The position numbers were made by a program, and so were the translations under genes. A stretch of 64,000 nucleotides of DNA from Candidatus Wirthbacteria bacterium (GTDB lineage Bacteria; Patescibacteriota; CG2-30-54-11), in NCBI GenBank assembly GCA_903889905.1, contig CAISZI010000028.1:4156-68155 (forward strand), given 5' to 3'. Shown in pieces: positions 30,438 through 41,383 of the stretch; positions within the stretch are counted from its first letter, which is position 1, and each line of letters opens with the position of its first letter. The notes beneath the pieces are model-generated. The model was not told the DNA's origin. It ran no database searches and saw only the letters and a program-made list of their open reading frames with translations.

Positions 30438-31072
30438 CTCTTTACCTTCCCCTTGTTCCAGCATTCCTCCCCCGGCTTCCATACTTCCCCAATATTATCC
30501 TCATGTGGCAACAACATTTCATACACCTGACAAAGTGGCATACCCACGATATTGTTGTAGCAGCCCTGGTACCAGGACACAAAGCTACGGGCGCCTTCCT
30601 GGATGCCGTAGGAACCGGCTTTGTCCAATGCATTTCCGGTGGCGACATACTCACTGATTTCATCTAGAGTTAAATCCCTCATCGCAACCAGTGTTTCAGT
30701 TAATGTTTGACCAACCAGTTCGCTGTCCACAACCAGTGCCATGGCCGTATAAACCTGCTGGATTTTGCCACTCTCAAACTGCAGCATTTTGACGGCATCA
30801 TCTGCGTCCAAAGGTTTGCCGAGAATCCTGCCCTCCAAAACAACAATTGTGTCGGCACCAAGGATAAAACAATCCGAATACTGTCTGGAAACGTCCATGG
30901 CTTTGGTCATCGCGAGCCGCTTGACCAAGGCAACTGAATCGACATTGGCACCCATTTCCGCTTCAATCGCTTCCTCGTTGACGCACGAAGGGACGACTTC
31001 AAAGCGAGGTACAACCTGTTTAAGCAACATTTGTCGCCGAGGTGACTGCGAAGCAAGAATTAATTTAATCAT
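30413..31072 (-). CDS. maf: Maf family nucleotide pyrophosphatase
   Basis: LILASQSPRR, GADTIV, GKP, DKAGSYGIQ, NIVGMP. Confidence 0.93.
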   Translation of the reverse strand: MIKLILASQSPRRQMLLKQVVPRFEVVPSCVNEEAIEAEMGANVDSVALVKRLAMTKAMDVSRQYSDCFILGADTIVVLEGRILGKPLDADDAVKMLQFESGKIQQVYTAMALVVDSELVGQTLTETLVAMRDLTLDEISEYVATGNALDKAGSYGIQEGARSFVSWYQGCYNNIVGMPLCQVYEMLLPHEDNIGEVWKPGEECWNKGKVKRTPSNLPL

Positions 31073-33374
31073 ACGGTTTTTTGGCTCCCGTTTTCTGGGC
31101 ATCCCAAATCTTTTCGCGCACTTTGCCCTGATAGACATTGGCAAAACGGTGCGCCTCGTTGCGCGCTGCCTGAAGCAAAAGCGAACCATGGCTATCATTC
31201 TTGAGTGCCACCGGCTTAGTGTCCCACGGGACGAAGACTTCCTCGTGTTCCTTGGCCAAACCGACAATCGGGAAGGCGAAATTTTTCCAGGGGGAGGGTG
31301 ATTTGGATGATTTGGACAAAGTCTTTTTTTTCTTTTTTTTGGGCGATTCGTGAATCGCCCCTACGGGAACATCTTGCCGAATTAATCCCATTTGCTTCAA
31401 GATTGAAACAGCCACCGAGAGCTGTCCTTTGCCGCCATCCACCACGACGAGTTCAGGCAACGTCGTAAAGGAAACGTCCTCTTTTTTGCGAATGATTTTG
31501 TCGTAACGCAGCAGCACAGGTTTACCGTCGCCACAGATCGCACAGACCCGCGCCATTTTATCCAACAAGACCTGAGGTCCACTTTTAATAGGTTTAAAAG
31601 AAAATCCTTCATAATATTCCTGTAACTTTTCCCAAGTGGTCACATAGAATACCAAGCCCTTGGTGCGCTGGATCAGTTCGCTGATCAGCTGATAACCCAA
31701 CTTGCGACCGCGATAATCGGGATGGATCCACAGGCTGGCAATTTCACAAATAAACTTGTCATTGTCCTGGTACGTTTTCACCCGGCCAAAACCGATGATC
31801 TCGCTTTCAAATTTCATGGCCAGAAATTGTGCTGCTTCCAGATTATTGCCATCCAGTTTTTCTGCATCAATCTTGTCCTGGATAAATTTCATATCCTTAG
31901 GAGACGGTTGCCGCGTTTTGAGTCCTTCCAGGCCGATTTTTAGTCCTTTGAGATATTCAAAACGTCGGCTCAGCACTTCCTGCATGGCGGTATAATCATC
32001 GCCGCCGCTGACTTCCCTGATTTTGAAGTGGCGGTAATCCGCCTTTTTGGGTTCGGCATTCTGGAAAACCACCATCGACGCCACGGTGCCTTCACCACCC
32101 AGGTGCGAAATATCATAACATTCGATCCGTTCCGGTTTGTTGGGGAGTTGCAGCACGGTTTTGAGTTCTGCCATGGCGGCATTTTTGCGTTTCTGGTCAT
32201 TCATCCATTCGCCCACCAATTCGCGCAGGCGCTCTTCAGCATTCTGCTGCGCCAATTCCAATACCTGACGTTTATCGCCGCGTTCTGGCATCAACAATTC
32301 GAGCGCGCTCGGCTTTTCCATGGCTTTGGTGCGCTGGTCCTTGAGCCACTCGGCAAGAGCCGCCATGCCTTCAAGCTTGAACGGGATCAAAATTTCCGGA
32401 GGTATATCGGAGGTCTTGTCGTAATAATCGGCAAAGGTCATGGCCAGAACCTCCGCCTCTTCGCCATGCTCCACCCCTTCAAAGGTAAATTCTTCCTTGC
32501 CAATCAGGATGCCGCGTCGGATTTTGAACAGGTAAACACACGCCTTGTCGTCCATCACCGCCACCCCAAATACGTCGCGGCTAAGCTGGTCGGTCATGAC
32601 AGCCTGCTGCTTTTCGGTGGCGTGTTCCACTGCCATCAGCTGATCACGGATTTTGGCCGCACCTTCGAAGTTCTGGTCCATGGCTGCCTGCGTCATGCGA
32701 TCGGTTAATTCCTTGATAATCTCATCCGCCCGGCCTTCCAGGAATTTGCGCACCTGGCCAATGATCGCCTGGTGTTCCGATTGTGTGATTTCCGGCCCTT
32801 TGCACGGCGCAATGCATCGGCCCATCTGAAATTCGATGCAGGGACGAATTTGCTTGGGATTACGCGGTTTGCCCTCGCGTTCAAAGAATTCGTGCGTGCA
32901 TTTGCGGTAAGGAAAAATTTTCTGAATCAGATAAAGCAAATTCTTGACCGCGTAACCAGAGGTGTACGGACCATAATACTTGGCGCCGTCTTTGAGCATT
33001 TTGCGCACTACCACAACTTGCGGGAAATCCTCGGCGGTAATTTTGACATATTGGTAATTCTTGTCGTCCTTCATACGGATGTTGTAGCGCGGCCGGTGTT
33101 CCTTGATCAGGTTATTTTCCAAAATCAGTGCTTCCACCTCGCTCGACATGACAATGTGTTCCATGTCGGCAATATTCTTGACCAGAATTTTGGTTTTGAC
33201 ACTCAATTTGGGATCATTGCGAAAGTACGACCGCACTCGATCGCGGAGGCGAATGGCTTTGCCCACATAGATAATTTCGCCGGCACCGCTTTTGTAAATA
33301 TAAACGCCGGGTTTGAGCGGAAGTGCCTCAACTTTGTCTTTGACCACGTCGCTGGGATAGGTTGGACTGGGCAT
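31065..33374 (-). CDS. uvrC: Excinuclease ABC subunit C with an internal GNAT domain
   Basis: GVY..YVGKA (GIY-YIG), Cys cluster, UVR motif, IECYDISH, DDY, DGGKGQ, RNEAHRFA; GNAT insert at ~31490-31950. Confidence 0.93.
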   Translation of the reverse strand: MPSPTYPSDVVKDKVEALPLKPGVYIYKSGAGEIIYVGKAIRLRDRVRSYFRNDPKLSVKTKILVKNIADMEHIVMSSEVEALILENNLIKEHRPRYNIRMKDDKNYQYVKITAEDFPQVVVVRKMLKDGAKYYGPYTSGYAVKNLLYLIQKIFPYRKCTHEFFEREGKPRNPKQIRPCIEFQMGRCIAPCKGPEITQSEHQAIIGQVRKFLEGRADEIIKELTDRMTQAAMDQNFEGAAKIRDQLMAVEHATEKQQAVMTDQLSRDVFGVAVMDDKACVYLFKIRRGILIGKEEFTFEGVEHGEEAEVLAMTFADYYDKTSDIPPEILIPFKLEGMAALAEWLKDQRTKAMEKPSALELLMPERGDKRQVLELAQQNAEERLRELVGEWMNDQKRKNAAMAELKTVLQLPNKPERIECYDISHLGGEGTVASMVVFQNAEPKKADYRHFKIREVSGGDDYTAMQEVLSRRFEYLKGLKIGLEGLKTRQPSPKDMKFIQDKIDAEKLDGNNLEAAQFLAMKFESEIIGFGRVKTYQDNDKFICEIASLWIHPDYRGRKLGYQLISELIQRTKGLVFYVTTWEKLQEYYEGFSFKPIKSGPQVLLDKMARVCAICGDGKPVLLRYDKIIRKKEDVSFTTLPELVVVDGGKGQLSVAVSILKQMGLIRQDVPVGAIHESPKKKKKKTLSKSSKSPSPWKNFAFPIVGLAKEHEEVFVPWDTKPVALKNDSHGSLLLQAARNEAHRFANVYQGKVREKIWDAQKTGAKKPYD
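31341..31364 (-). repeat. GTAG-type REP in-frame within uvrC
   Basis: Minus strand GTAGGGGCGATTCACGAATCGCCC. Confidence 0.65.
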
Positions 33375-33441
33375 GACAAACCATTTATAATCCGGTAAGC
33401 GAAATAAATTCTACCATTTAGCTGCAACGAGATAAACCGCT

Positions 33442-34167
33442 ATGATTGCCAAAGAACTCAAACGACAAATCGTGGACGAATGGTCGCTCACCCTGCCAGA
33501 AACTTTGCCATCAGACGGCATTCTGGTTCTCGACAAGCCCTCCGGCCCCACCTCGCACGACCTTGTTTATGCTGTACGGCGCCGTTACGGCAACCCGAAA
33601 GTTGGCCACACCGGCACGTTGGATCCGCTCGCCAGTGGCTTGATGATTCTGCTCGTGGACAATGCCACCAAACGTGCCAAGGAATTCGAAGGGCTGGACA
33701 AAACGTATGAAGTAGAGTGTGTGCTCGGCATTGAAACCGATACGTTTGACAGCGAGGGACAAGTCACGACAATGGCGTCGGTACCATTGCTTCAAGCGAT
33801 AACCCAAACACAAGTTGAAGCTGCGGTAATAACCTTTGTTGGCACCCAGCAACAGCAAGTCCCCGCCTTTTCCGCCGTCAAAGTCGGTGGCAAAGCGCTT
33901 TACAAAATGGCCCGACAAGGAACTGTGGATCAAGTGGCATTACCAGTCAAGACGATCACGATTTATGAACTGGACCTGCTCCATTTTCAACCGTACGACG
34001 CGGCTCAAACCGACAGCAACAATCGTCTTCCTCATCTCAAGTTGCGGGTGAGTTGCTCCAAGGGGACTTATGTGCGGTCGCTGATAAGTGATTTTGGCAA
34101 AAAAATCGGTGCGGGGGCATGTGTGACGATGCTCCGCAGGACCCACATTGGATTATATAGTTTGTAA
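33442..34167 (+). CDS. truB: tRNA pseudouridine(55) synthase, short form
   Basis: DKPSGPTSHD, KVGHTGTLDPLASG, CSKGTYVRSL. Confidence 0.95.
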   Translation: MIAKELKRQIVDEWSLTLPETLPSDGILVLDKPSGPTSHDLVYAVRRRYGNPKVGHTGTLDPLASGLMILLVDNATKRAKEFEGLDKTYEVECVLGIETDTFDSEGQVTTMASVPLLQAITQTQVEAAVITFVGTQQQQVPAFSAVKVGGKALYKMARQGTVDQVALPVKTITIYELDLLHFQPYDAAQTDSNNRLPHLKLRVSCSKGTYVRSLISDFGKKIGAGACVTMLRRTHIGLYSL

Positions 34168-34240
34168 CGTGACTTAACTACAAGATATCATCGCTTTTCC
34201 AATTTGACTTAAAATTCTTTTTCAAAAACAGGCTTCAGTT

Positions 34241-37200
34241 TCAATCAGTATCTTTTGATTTCAACAATGGCTCCACAACATTTTTCCAATTATGCATTAT
34301 TGACTCAACATCATGCGCTTGTAATTCCACAAAGTGGTCAAAATCCATCAAATTTATCCACTGGTGGAAATCTCGCTGATACTCAGAAGTAAATCCTCTT
34401 TCCAGCTCAACCAGCAGTGTTTGATAAGCATCTGGAAAACGCTGTTGTAATTCCTTAACCTGGGCAGGGCTTAAATCAGCCTCAGGATTTGTTTCTACCC
34501 CTTCAACTGCCGCGGCGACGACGTCTCCATATTCAAAGCCATAGCAAATGATATCTAACACGAGACGACTGATGCCTTGTTCTATAGCGTCACGTACATT
34601 CTTGAGGACATATCGCTCATATAATGTTTTGCACAATTCACGAAATTCAAATTCCCTAGACAGGAATTCAGCATTGTAGGTTCCTACCAGCTCCCCAATT
34701 GATTTTTGGAGTTTTTGCAGCTCAAAAGCATAGGATTTATTGACTGGCATAAGTACTTTGGTACGGCTTAGCTTTGATACTAGTGGCAGCTCATCGTTTG
34801 CAGTGAAAATTTTGTCGGCTTTGGCCAATGTCTTTCGCAGTTTTTGCACTTCACTCGTGCTAAGAACTGCTCTATACCCAACATGTTTGAGGTAATCCAC
34901 GACTAAATAATTTCCCCTTGTTTCATCTGAGTTATTAGAATTACTGCTTGCTTCATCATCATGATAAATATTTGTAGAAGCTCTGGCTCGACCGACTTTG
35001 TTCAACACTGCTGCAGAGTCACGAAATATCAGCGAGGCATCAACTGTAAAGGCATCCTGTATGTTATTATCCCAGGCGACTTCCACTGGCCGGACTGCCT
35101 GTTGTAACTTTGCCCGCATATGTTCCAAGTTGCGGATCGAGACATCGTCGGGTCGGTGCATCGTGTGGCGCACCAGCACCCATTGTCCACTTCTATTTTC
35201 CTGACCAACTAAAACCCAGAGTAAAATAAATCCCGTTGCACTAGGATCGTTCTGCAGGGCCACTTCGCGGCCGACCAAATTATCAGCCGCCGGTATCAAA
35301 TATTTATCCAATCCGGGCCGCGATGCAGCAATATCTTGGCCTACCTTCGCTCTGTATCGGATACCTTGTCGCAATTTGGTTATAGTGGCCGGCGAATATA
35401 AATCAAATTTAGCGCCCAAATTGGCAGTAGGAGGTAATGGTACTTTATCAACTGAATCTTCTCCCAATTCTGATTCAGCGAAAACAATTCCGTCAGTGAA
35501 CACAATGGTTGTATCCGCCGGCATTTTTGTTTCAATAAAATGTCTATCGATGGCATCGACAATGCCATGCTGTATCCAATGTTGCAAGCGCCTATCTAGT
35601 TGATTGCGCTCAAGGATATTGATTAATTCGACAACCATTTGGTCGGGTTTGAAGGGCTGATTGGGATCAATTTGTCTTACCTGCCGGGATGATTCTGTTT
35701 GTCGCGCAGCACTGGCAATTCGCCCGCCAAAAAGTCGCTCAAATTCTTTTTGTATTAGCTGATAGTCGCAACTATCTACTATCAATTCCGGTTCCAACTG
35801 CTTGGCACTTTGAATATTTTTGGCCTGTAACCACGCTTCATATGCTTGCATAAAAAAAAGTTTCGCCTGATGTTCATCGCTAAAGCCATAAATTTCCGCT
35901 AAATGAATTTGCAAATCTTGAGAGACGACATAATGACGGTTGGGATGATTTAGTGCTAACAATTTACCACCCAAGTCGAAAGCGAATTCAATCGTTATCG
36001 AATTACCTAAATAACAAGAAATTGGTATCAGTCCATTCAGTTCTTTGCCGTCAGTATTGGTAATCGTCACTTTGTCTGACTGCGCGAAATCGAGACCACC
36101 GAATTTCCACTTTGGGAGCTGTCGCTGATTGGCTTTGGCCCAACGCTCAAGGGCATCACTTTGGATTGGGAGTGGAACATTAAAATCGGTACTGCCTTCG
36201 GTTACAGCACGCGTGCGGACCCATTGTGTCCAAATCTCTAGCTGTTTGTCGGACCGCGCCTGCAGGTATTCTTGATAACTTCTGAGTGAAGCAAAGATAA
36301 CCTCTGCTCTTGATTGATAATCACGCTCTGGTAAAGCCAGGAAGTCATCAATCGGTATGGGTAATGGCAGCTGCAACTGATCCAACGCTAACCAGGTAGT
36401 GGCACCCCAAGATACGTCACCAATAGTCCTAGGCGGGATATGTGAATCATGAAGCTCAATGGTAACTTTGCCATCGCCAAATCCGGCGCTCAGTTTGGCC
36501 TTTTGCTGCAACATGTTTGCGGCGACCAGACTAATCGCAAATACTCCCTCATTTACTTCCTGCACAGCGGCATGGCGACGCTCCTGTTCACTTAGTCTTG
36601 ATTTCAAAGCGGCCGTTGCCTGCTGTTCGGCAATATGCCTGGCAAGAGCTTCCTGTTTTGCGTTTTGAACAACTTGGGCACTTGCAGCAGCCCTTGCCAA
36701 TTCAATCTTCTCTTCACTCACGACCCGAGCGATGTATTGCTTAATCCCTAGCAGCCGATCGTCGATCTCTTTGACCGCTTTTTGCAAGCGTGCAAGCAAA
36801 TCCTGCAAAGCGCCTGCTTCCACATAGGCAATTTGTAACGGATGCATGAGCTGTTCGGCAGCCAATGTAAGTGAAAGACTGTCGTTTTGAGCAAGGTTGA
36901 AAGTCATTTTCATCTGATCCAGTTGCACTGACAAGGCATCAGCATTAAGTATGGAGCCCATGCCAATCTCGACCGATGCTGACAATTCTTCTTGACCATT
37001 AACCTGATCCTGGAGTAGGAACCAATCTGGTTCCTGCCTGTGCGGCAGGGCTAGTTGCTCAAATTGCTGCCGCATGAGCTCAGCGGTCTCATTGGTGTGG
37101 CGCTTGAACCATTCAGAAATGGTGACCGTCTTGTCTTTGACGTCAGTAACGGTTGCGCCTTGGATGGCTCTACGTAATCCGGCGGCTTGTTCCAATATTT

Positions 37201-40200
37201 GTTGCTTCAAACCGGCTAGTTCCGCCTCCATGGGTTTTGTCGCCAGATCTTCGCCAGCTGCAGAAGCCACTGCCCACGCATGCAGTTGCGGCCAGGGAGG
37301 TTGCTGGTCTTTTAAATCATGCCAATGGTAAATTTGGCTTCCACGTCGACAAATTAAGGGATTAGAAAAATTTTTGACAACAGCCCCACATTTATTTTCT
37401 AAGTTGTTGGTCCAATTACCAAAAGCAGTAACATTTTGTTGCCGCAAAATAAGCATAAAAGGCACCATGTCACTAATGGCAGGCAGCAACTCAGGTTTAG
37501 CCAATCGACTTATTTCTTCCAACCCACCCACGACTGCCTGTATTTGTACTATGTCCGGTGTGTCCGTTCCGCCCATAGCCTGATGCAGAGATTCTGTATC
37601 GATCCAGCCACCAATATCTATATCGCCCAAAGGTTGCCAAGTAAAGATTGCCTGCTCCAGCCGCTCGTTTTGCGCCAGAAGTCTAGTTTCCAGTTTACTT
37701 AACCACTGCCTGTATTCCTGCAACAGGTTTTGCAATCTGGGCTTGAGCTCCTGCATCACTCCGGCATCGGTCAACGTAGAATCGATAGTAGCGTCATTGT
37801 CGGAGAGCATAATCGCATAAGCAATGCCCCTTTCAAGCGCATCTAAATTATCGAATGCTTGATTGTCATCAAGCTGAGGCTTCACCGCAGCAAGGTTGTT
37901 TTCCATATCCAAAATCAAAGTCTGCATCGCGGGCGCCATTAGTTGCACCAATTGCTCAGGATGCCAGGGCTGATCCAAAGCCTCCAATTCCTGTTTGGCC
38001 CGGATTGATTTATTGGTTTCTCCGTTTTTCACCAGAGAATCCAAGACAGTCCACATCAAGTAAAAAAACATGACAATTTCACGCAAATTCTTGGTCTGAT
38101 CGAGCGGAAGATTCAGATCACTTCCCCAATCCCAGGACTTTTCCCGATGTTCGGCAAAGGCGCGTGCCAACTTGCGCATATTTTCAATTGGCAGAACAGT
38201 TGACACCTCATGATTGAGGTGCATTGCATCATCCCAGCGTTGGTCAATAACGTCTGATAATTCATGCAGCAAAGGATGATTTACCATTTCACCAGCCAGC
38301 AACACTTGCCACAGATACCCGGCATCAACCGGCATGGCGCCTGTCTGCAAGGTCTGCAATAATTCATCCACAATATCGCTGCTTGAGCTCGCTCCCAATT
38401 GCGATAACAAATCACGAATTTTTTGCTGACGGGCATAAGAATCCTGATCAGCAGCCACAAAAACTTCATTAAAGAGTGCATCCATCCCCATAAAAGTAGG
38501 GATGGATGGGATGATTTTTTGATCCATCAAATCCAGTAATGGGGCGCTGTCCTGTGTCAGGTTAATTTGCGCTATTGCATAGGCAAATTTGCGCGCTGCC
38601 GGCTTATCCGTTGCGCGCAAAGCCAAATGTAAATTTGCTGCCGCTGCGTTGAGGGCTGACGTGGCGCGATTTTGTAAAGGGGCTGCCAATTGCTCATAAT
38701 GAACTTTGATAGAAGGATCCACATTTTTGGTTAATAATTCCCAGCTGCGTACGGCTGCACCGGCGGCAAACGCATTTGACACATCCATGGCTGATGAAGT
38801 CGGCCGAAAACAATCCAACTGTTCCAGGACTGCAAACGGTTGCTCCAGTCGTTTCGAGACTTCATACCAGACTTTGGCAAGTCCTTCGTCGCGTTGTTTA
38901 CGCTTGCTCTCAACAAACTCTGAACTGGTTCTTATGTTGTTAATTCCTTTGGGGTCTGGTTGTGCAAAAGCTTCGATAATATATTGACCTAGCCACACAA
39001 CTTCTTGCCATGAAGCTCGACGCAGAACAACCAAATAGATCTCATCCAGTTCATTGCCTTGAATAAACGTAACGTCCTCTGGCACTTTCGCTGGCACTCC
39101 CTTCTTATACTTTTCTTTAGGAGAACCTTGTTCAAATCCGTCTCCCTTCTTCACTGTGACTGAGCCCTGCATCATTTGCTTCATTGCGACAATCAGATCA
39201 TCCGTCAATGGACCCATTAGCCAGAGGGCGGCTCTCAACTCCGTTAATAGTTTTAGTCTTTCGGAGGATGATTTACTTCCAATCGTTGCTTCAATTTCGC
39301 TCATAATTGGTACCAGACCACGCCGAAGTTGGGCGACGATCAGCAGTAGCTTTTCAGCGTTGATAATCTTGATCTCACTCCGATCCCGTGACGGTGCCTT
39401 CCGTACCAACCCTGTCCCATAATTCCTGTTATTATTTATTGCTGTAACGTTAGTCATCCCAAGCTCACGCAAAAATTTAACAATTGTCCCCAACCAACTG
39501 ATATACGTTGTCTCGTCGTAATCACCATCGCCGGCGGCACTGGTTTGGATATCCCTAAGCAAAAGGTCCCATTCCTCTGGATTAGAGGTGTGAAACACTT
39601 TAATAGCCGCCCGCTCTGTGCTGTTATGCTTGGTATCAGCCTGCAGCAGTTCCCAATAGAATGGTTGAAAAGCAGCACGCCAACGTTGGGCCTGAATTTG
39701 GTCAATATGTGTACCCGCTTGCACCACATTTTCGCCACCGTCAACAGGCATGCCCATGGTCATACGCATGGCTGCTTCAGACCATTCTGTCTCCGGGATC
39801 CACTTGAGGAAATAGTAGAGCTCCTGCCAATTGGGAATTTTGATCAAATCTTCATAAGTAATTGTCGATTTATCTGCTATCTGCGGCGGCAGAGCCGTCG
39901 CTGCTATTTCATATCCGGTGGAAGTTGCCCTGGCAAATCCGCATACAGGATTACTAACCGATGCCCCCAGATACATCTCAGCTCCAAGTTCAGGATTACG
40001 CGTTGCCAAATGATCAAAGCGTGAACCATGGATGCGAGCTATTGGAATTGAAGGCAACTGGCCACTAGCCCACTGACGCAAGGACAACCCCAGGACAAAA
40101 GCCTGTTTGAAGTCCTGATTCGCTCCTGCGAGCACCGCAGTAATTGCCTCTGGCTGCCATGCCATGGCTGCCCTGCCGGCCAAACGACCCAAAGCTTCCA

Positions 40201-41239
40201 CCAATACATGAGTATAATTACGTTCATCTGGCTTCACTGTTGTTTGATAATGGACAGGTTCAAACTTACTACGACTATTTACACGATCAGAATCACTTAG
40301 TCGCAGCATAAACTCCGTCTTTTCCACGTATGCCATCATTTTTTGCACAAATGCTAATGCGTTACCAGTATCGACGTCGGCAAGCAACTGTTCCATGGGA
40401 TTAAGCACCTGGCCATAATCCATACCCCGGGAAGCCAGTATGTACAGTAATGCTTCTGCGTAAACGAGTCGGGAATCCTCCCAATGACCCGCTAACCGAT
40501 TGAGCAGGATGTTGGCATCCCCGCCAGTGTGCAAGTATTGTTCAACAAATTGCGTTATTTCTTCAACTTTCTGGAGCCTGTTATTAGAATTTGCGGCATC
40601 CAATCCGACAAATCCGAGACACAGATCCAGCTGATCCAGATCTCCGCCTGGTTTTAGCTGCGTCAACGCATCAATTGTTGGCGACGCCTGCAATTGCATG
40701 TTAGCAGTGAGCAGCGGGTGCAGATAAACTTCCTGCAGGGCCAGTTTTGCCTCAGGAAAAAAAATGGAAGATTCAACGACTCCAGCGTAATTACTAATTG
40801 AGTCGGAGACTGACTTCTGAATTTGACGCAAAACATCAGGCTTCAAAGCTTTATTTTCCAGACGACCCAACCAGTTAAATGGAGCCAGGTTTGTCATCAG
40901 TACATAAGCAGCCGTGAGAATGCATTCACTTGGATGCTTAAATACTTTCAGCAGGTCGCTGTATTCACGCACTTCGTCTTTATCATTGTAGGAAGAAAGC
41001 ATCTTATCGAAAGCTGTGGCTTCCCCGGAAGCACTGACGATACGGGAGGACAATACTATTTGAGCTTCGATGGCCTGCAAAGCCAGCGCTAAACTCTCCG
41101 GATTCCGGGCATGGCGGAAAGCGTTGACAAGTTGGTGAAAAGTTGCCTCGGCTTGCGCCATTTCGCGCTCAAAAGCCGCCACGATCAAATCAGACAATTG
41201 ATCGCCACTGCCTTGTTCCATTCCCATCACATCTGCCAT
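34241..41239 (-). CDS. Giant hypothetical protein (~2330 aa)
   Basis: Uninterrupted 7-kb ORF, AGGGA before the ATG, TGGTACAAT upstream; no recognisable motif. Confidence 0.75.
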   Translation of the reverse strand: MADVMGMEQGSGDQLSDLIVAAFEREMAQAEATFHQLVNAFRHARNPESLALALQAIEAQIVLSSRIVSASGEATAFDKMLSSYNDKDEVREYSDLLKVFKHPSECILTAAYVLMTNLAPFNWLGRLENKALKPDVLRQIQKSVSDSISNYAGVVESSIFFPEAKLALQEVYLHPLLTANMQLQASPTIDALTQLKPGGDLDQLDLCLGFVGLDAANSNNRLQKVEEITQFVEQYLHTGGDANILLNRLAGHWEDSRLVYAEALLYILASRGMDYGQVLNPMEQLLADVDTGNALAFVQKMMAYVEKTEFMLRLSDSDRVNSRSKFEPVHYQTTVKPDERNYTHVLVEALGRLAGRAAMAWQPEAITAVLAGANQDFKQAFVLGLSLRQWASGQLPSIPIARIHGSRFDHLATRNPELGAEMYLGASVSNPVCGFARATSTGYEIAATALPPQIADKSTITYEDLIKIPNWQELYYFLKWIPETEWSEAAMRMTMGMPVDGGENVVQAGTHIDQIQAQRWRAAFQPFYWELLQADTKHNSTERAAIKVFHTSNPEEWDLLLRDIQTSAAGDGDYDETTYISWLGTIVKFLRELGMTNVTAINNNRNYGTGLVRKAPSRDRSEIKIINAEKLLLIVAQLRRGLVPIMSEIEATIGSKSSSERLKLLTELRAALWLMGPLTDDLIVAMKQMMQGSVTVKKGDGFEQGSPKEKYKKGVPAKVPEDVTFIQGNELDEIYLVVLRRASWQEVVWLGQYIIEAFAQPDPKGINNIRTSSEFVESKRKQRDEGLAKVWYEVSKRLEQPFAVLEQLDCFRPTSSAMDVSNAFAAGAAVRSWELLTKNVDPSIKVHYEQLAAPLQNRATSALNAAAANLHLALRATDKPAARKFAYAIAQINLTQDSAPLLDLMDQKIIPSIPTFMGMDALFNEVFVAADQDSYARQQKIRDLLSQLGASSSSDIVDELLQTLQTGAMPVDAGYLWQVLLAGEMVNHPLLHELSDVIDQRWDDAMHLNHEVSTVLPIENMRKLARAFAEHREKSWDWGSDLNLPLDQTKNLREIVMFFYLMWTVLDSLVKNGETNKSIRAKQELEALDQPWHPEQLVQLMAPAMQTLILDMENNLAAVKPQLDDNQAFDNLDALERGIAYAIMLSDNDATIDSTLTDAGVMQELKPRLQNLLQEYRQWLSKLETRLLAQNERLEQAIFTWQPLGDIDIGGWIDTESLHQAMGGTDTPDIVQIQAVVGGLEEISRLAKPELLPAISDMVPFMLILRQQNVTAFGNWTNNLENKCGAVVKNFSNPLICRRGSQIYHWHDLKDQQPPWPQLHAWAVASAAGEDLATKPMEAELAGLKQQILEQAAGLRRAIQGATVTDVKDKTVTISEWFKRHTNETAELMRQQFEQLALPHRQEPDWFLLQDQVNGQEELSASVEIGMGSILNADALSVQLDQMKMTFNLAQNDSLSLTLAAEQLMHPLQIAYVEAGALQDLLARLQKAVKEIDDRLLGIKQYIARVVSEEKIELARAAASAQVVQNAKQEALARHIAEQQATAALKSRLSEQERRHAAVQEVNEGVFAISLVAANMLQQKAKLSAGFGDGKVTIELHDSHIPPRTIGDVSWGATTWLALDQLQLPLPIPIDDFLALPERDYQSRAEVIFASLRSYQEYLQARSDKQLEIWTQWVRTRAVTEGSTDFNVPLPIQSDALERWAKANQRQLPKWKFGGLDFAQSDKVTITNTDGKELNGLIPISCYLGNSITIEFAFDLGGKLLALNHPNRHYVVSQDLQIHLAEIYGFSDEHQAKLFFMQAYEAWLQAKNIQSAKQLEPELIVDSCDYQLIQKEFERLFGGRIASAARQTESSRQVRQIDPNQPFKPDQMVVELINILERNQLDRRLQHWIQHGIVDAIDRHFIETKMPADTTIVFTDGIVFAESELGEDSVDKVPLPPTANLGAKFDLYSPATITKLRQGIRYRAKVGQDIAASRPGLDKYLIPAADNLVGREVALQNDPSATGFILLWVLVGQENRSGQWVLVRHTMHRPDDVSIRNLEHMRAKLQQAVRPVEVAWDNNIQDAFTVDASLIFRDSAAVLNKVGRARASTNIYHDDEASSNSNNSDETRGNYLVVDYLKHVGYRAVLSTSEVQKLRKTLAKADKIFTANDELPLVSKLSRTKVLMPVNKSYAFELQKLQKSIGELVGTYNAEFLSREFEFRELCKTLYERYVLKNVRDAIEQGISRLVLDIICYGFEYGDVVAAAVEGVETNPEADLSPAQVKELQQRFPDAYQTLLVELERGFTSEYQRDFHQWINLMDFDHFVELQAHDVESIMHNWKNVVEPLLKSKDTD

Positions 41240-41330
41240 AGCGTCCCTGTGGTTACCTGATAAAGACAACAAATTATCAAATTAAGGCATTATTGTACCA
41301 ATAATTGACCAAATTTACCACGTACCCAAA

Positions 41331-41358
41331 GGAGCACTCGCGTGAACGCGGGTGCTCC
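41331..41358 (-). terminator. Putative terminator after the S41 cluster
   Basis: GGAGCACCCGCG-TTCA-CGCGAGTGCTCC followed by TTT. Confidence 0.5.
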
Positions 41359-41383
41359 CAGGGAATGCAGCTTGGACAGTAAA

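Noticed and set aside
33442-34167. truB as a pseudogene (no C-terminal PUA domain)
   Set aside because: Catalytic motifs are intact and short TruB forms exist
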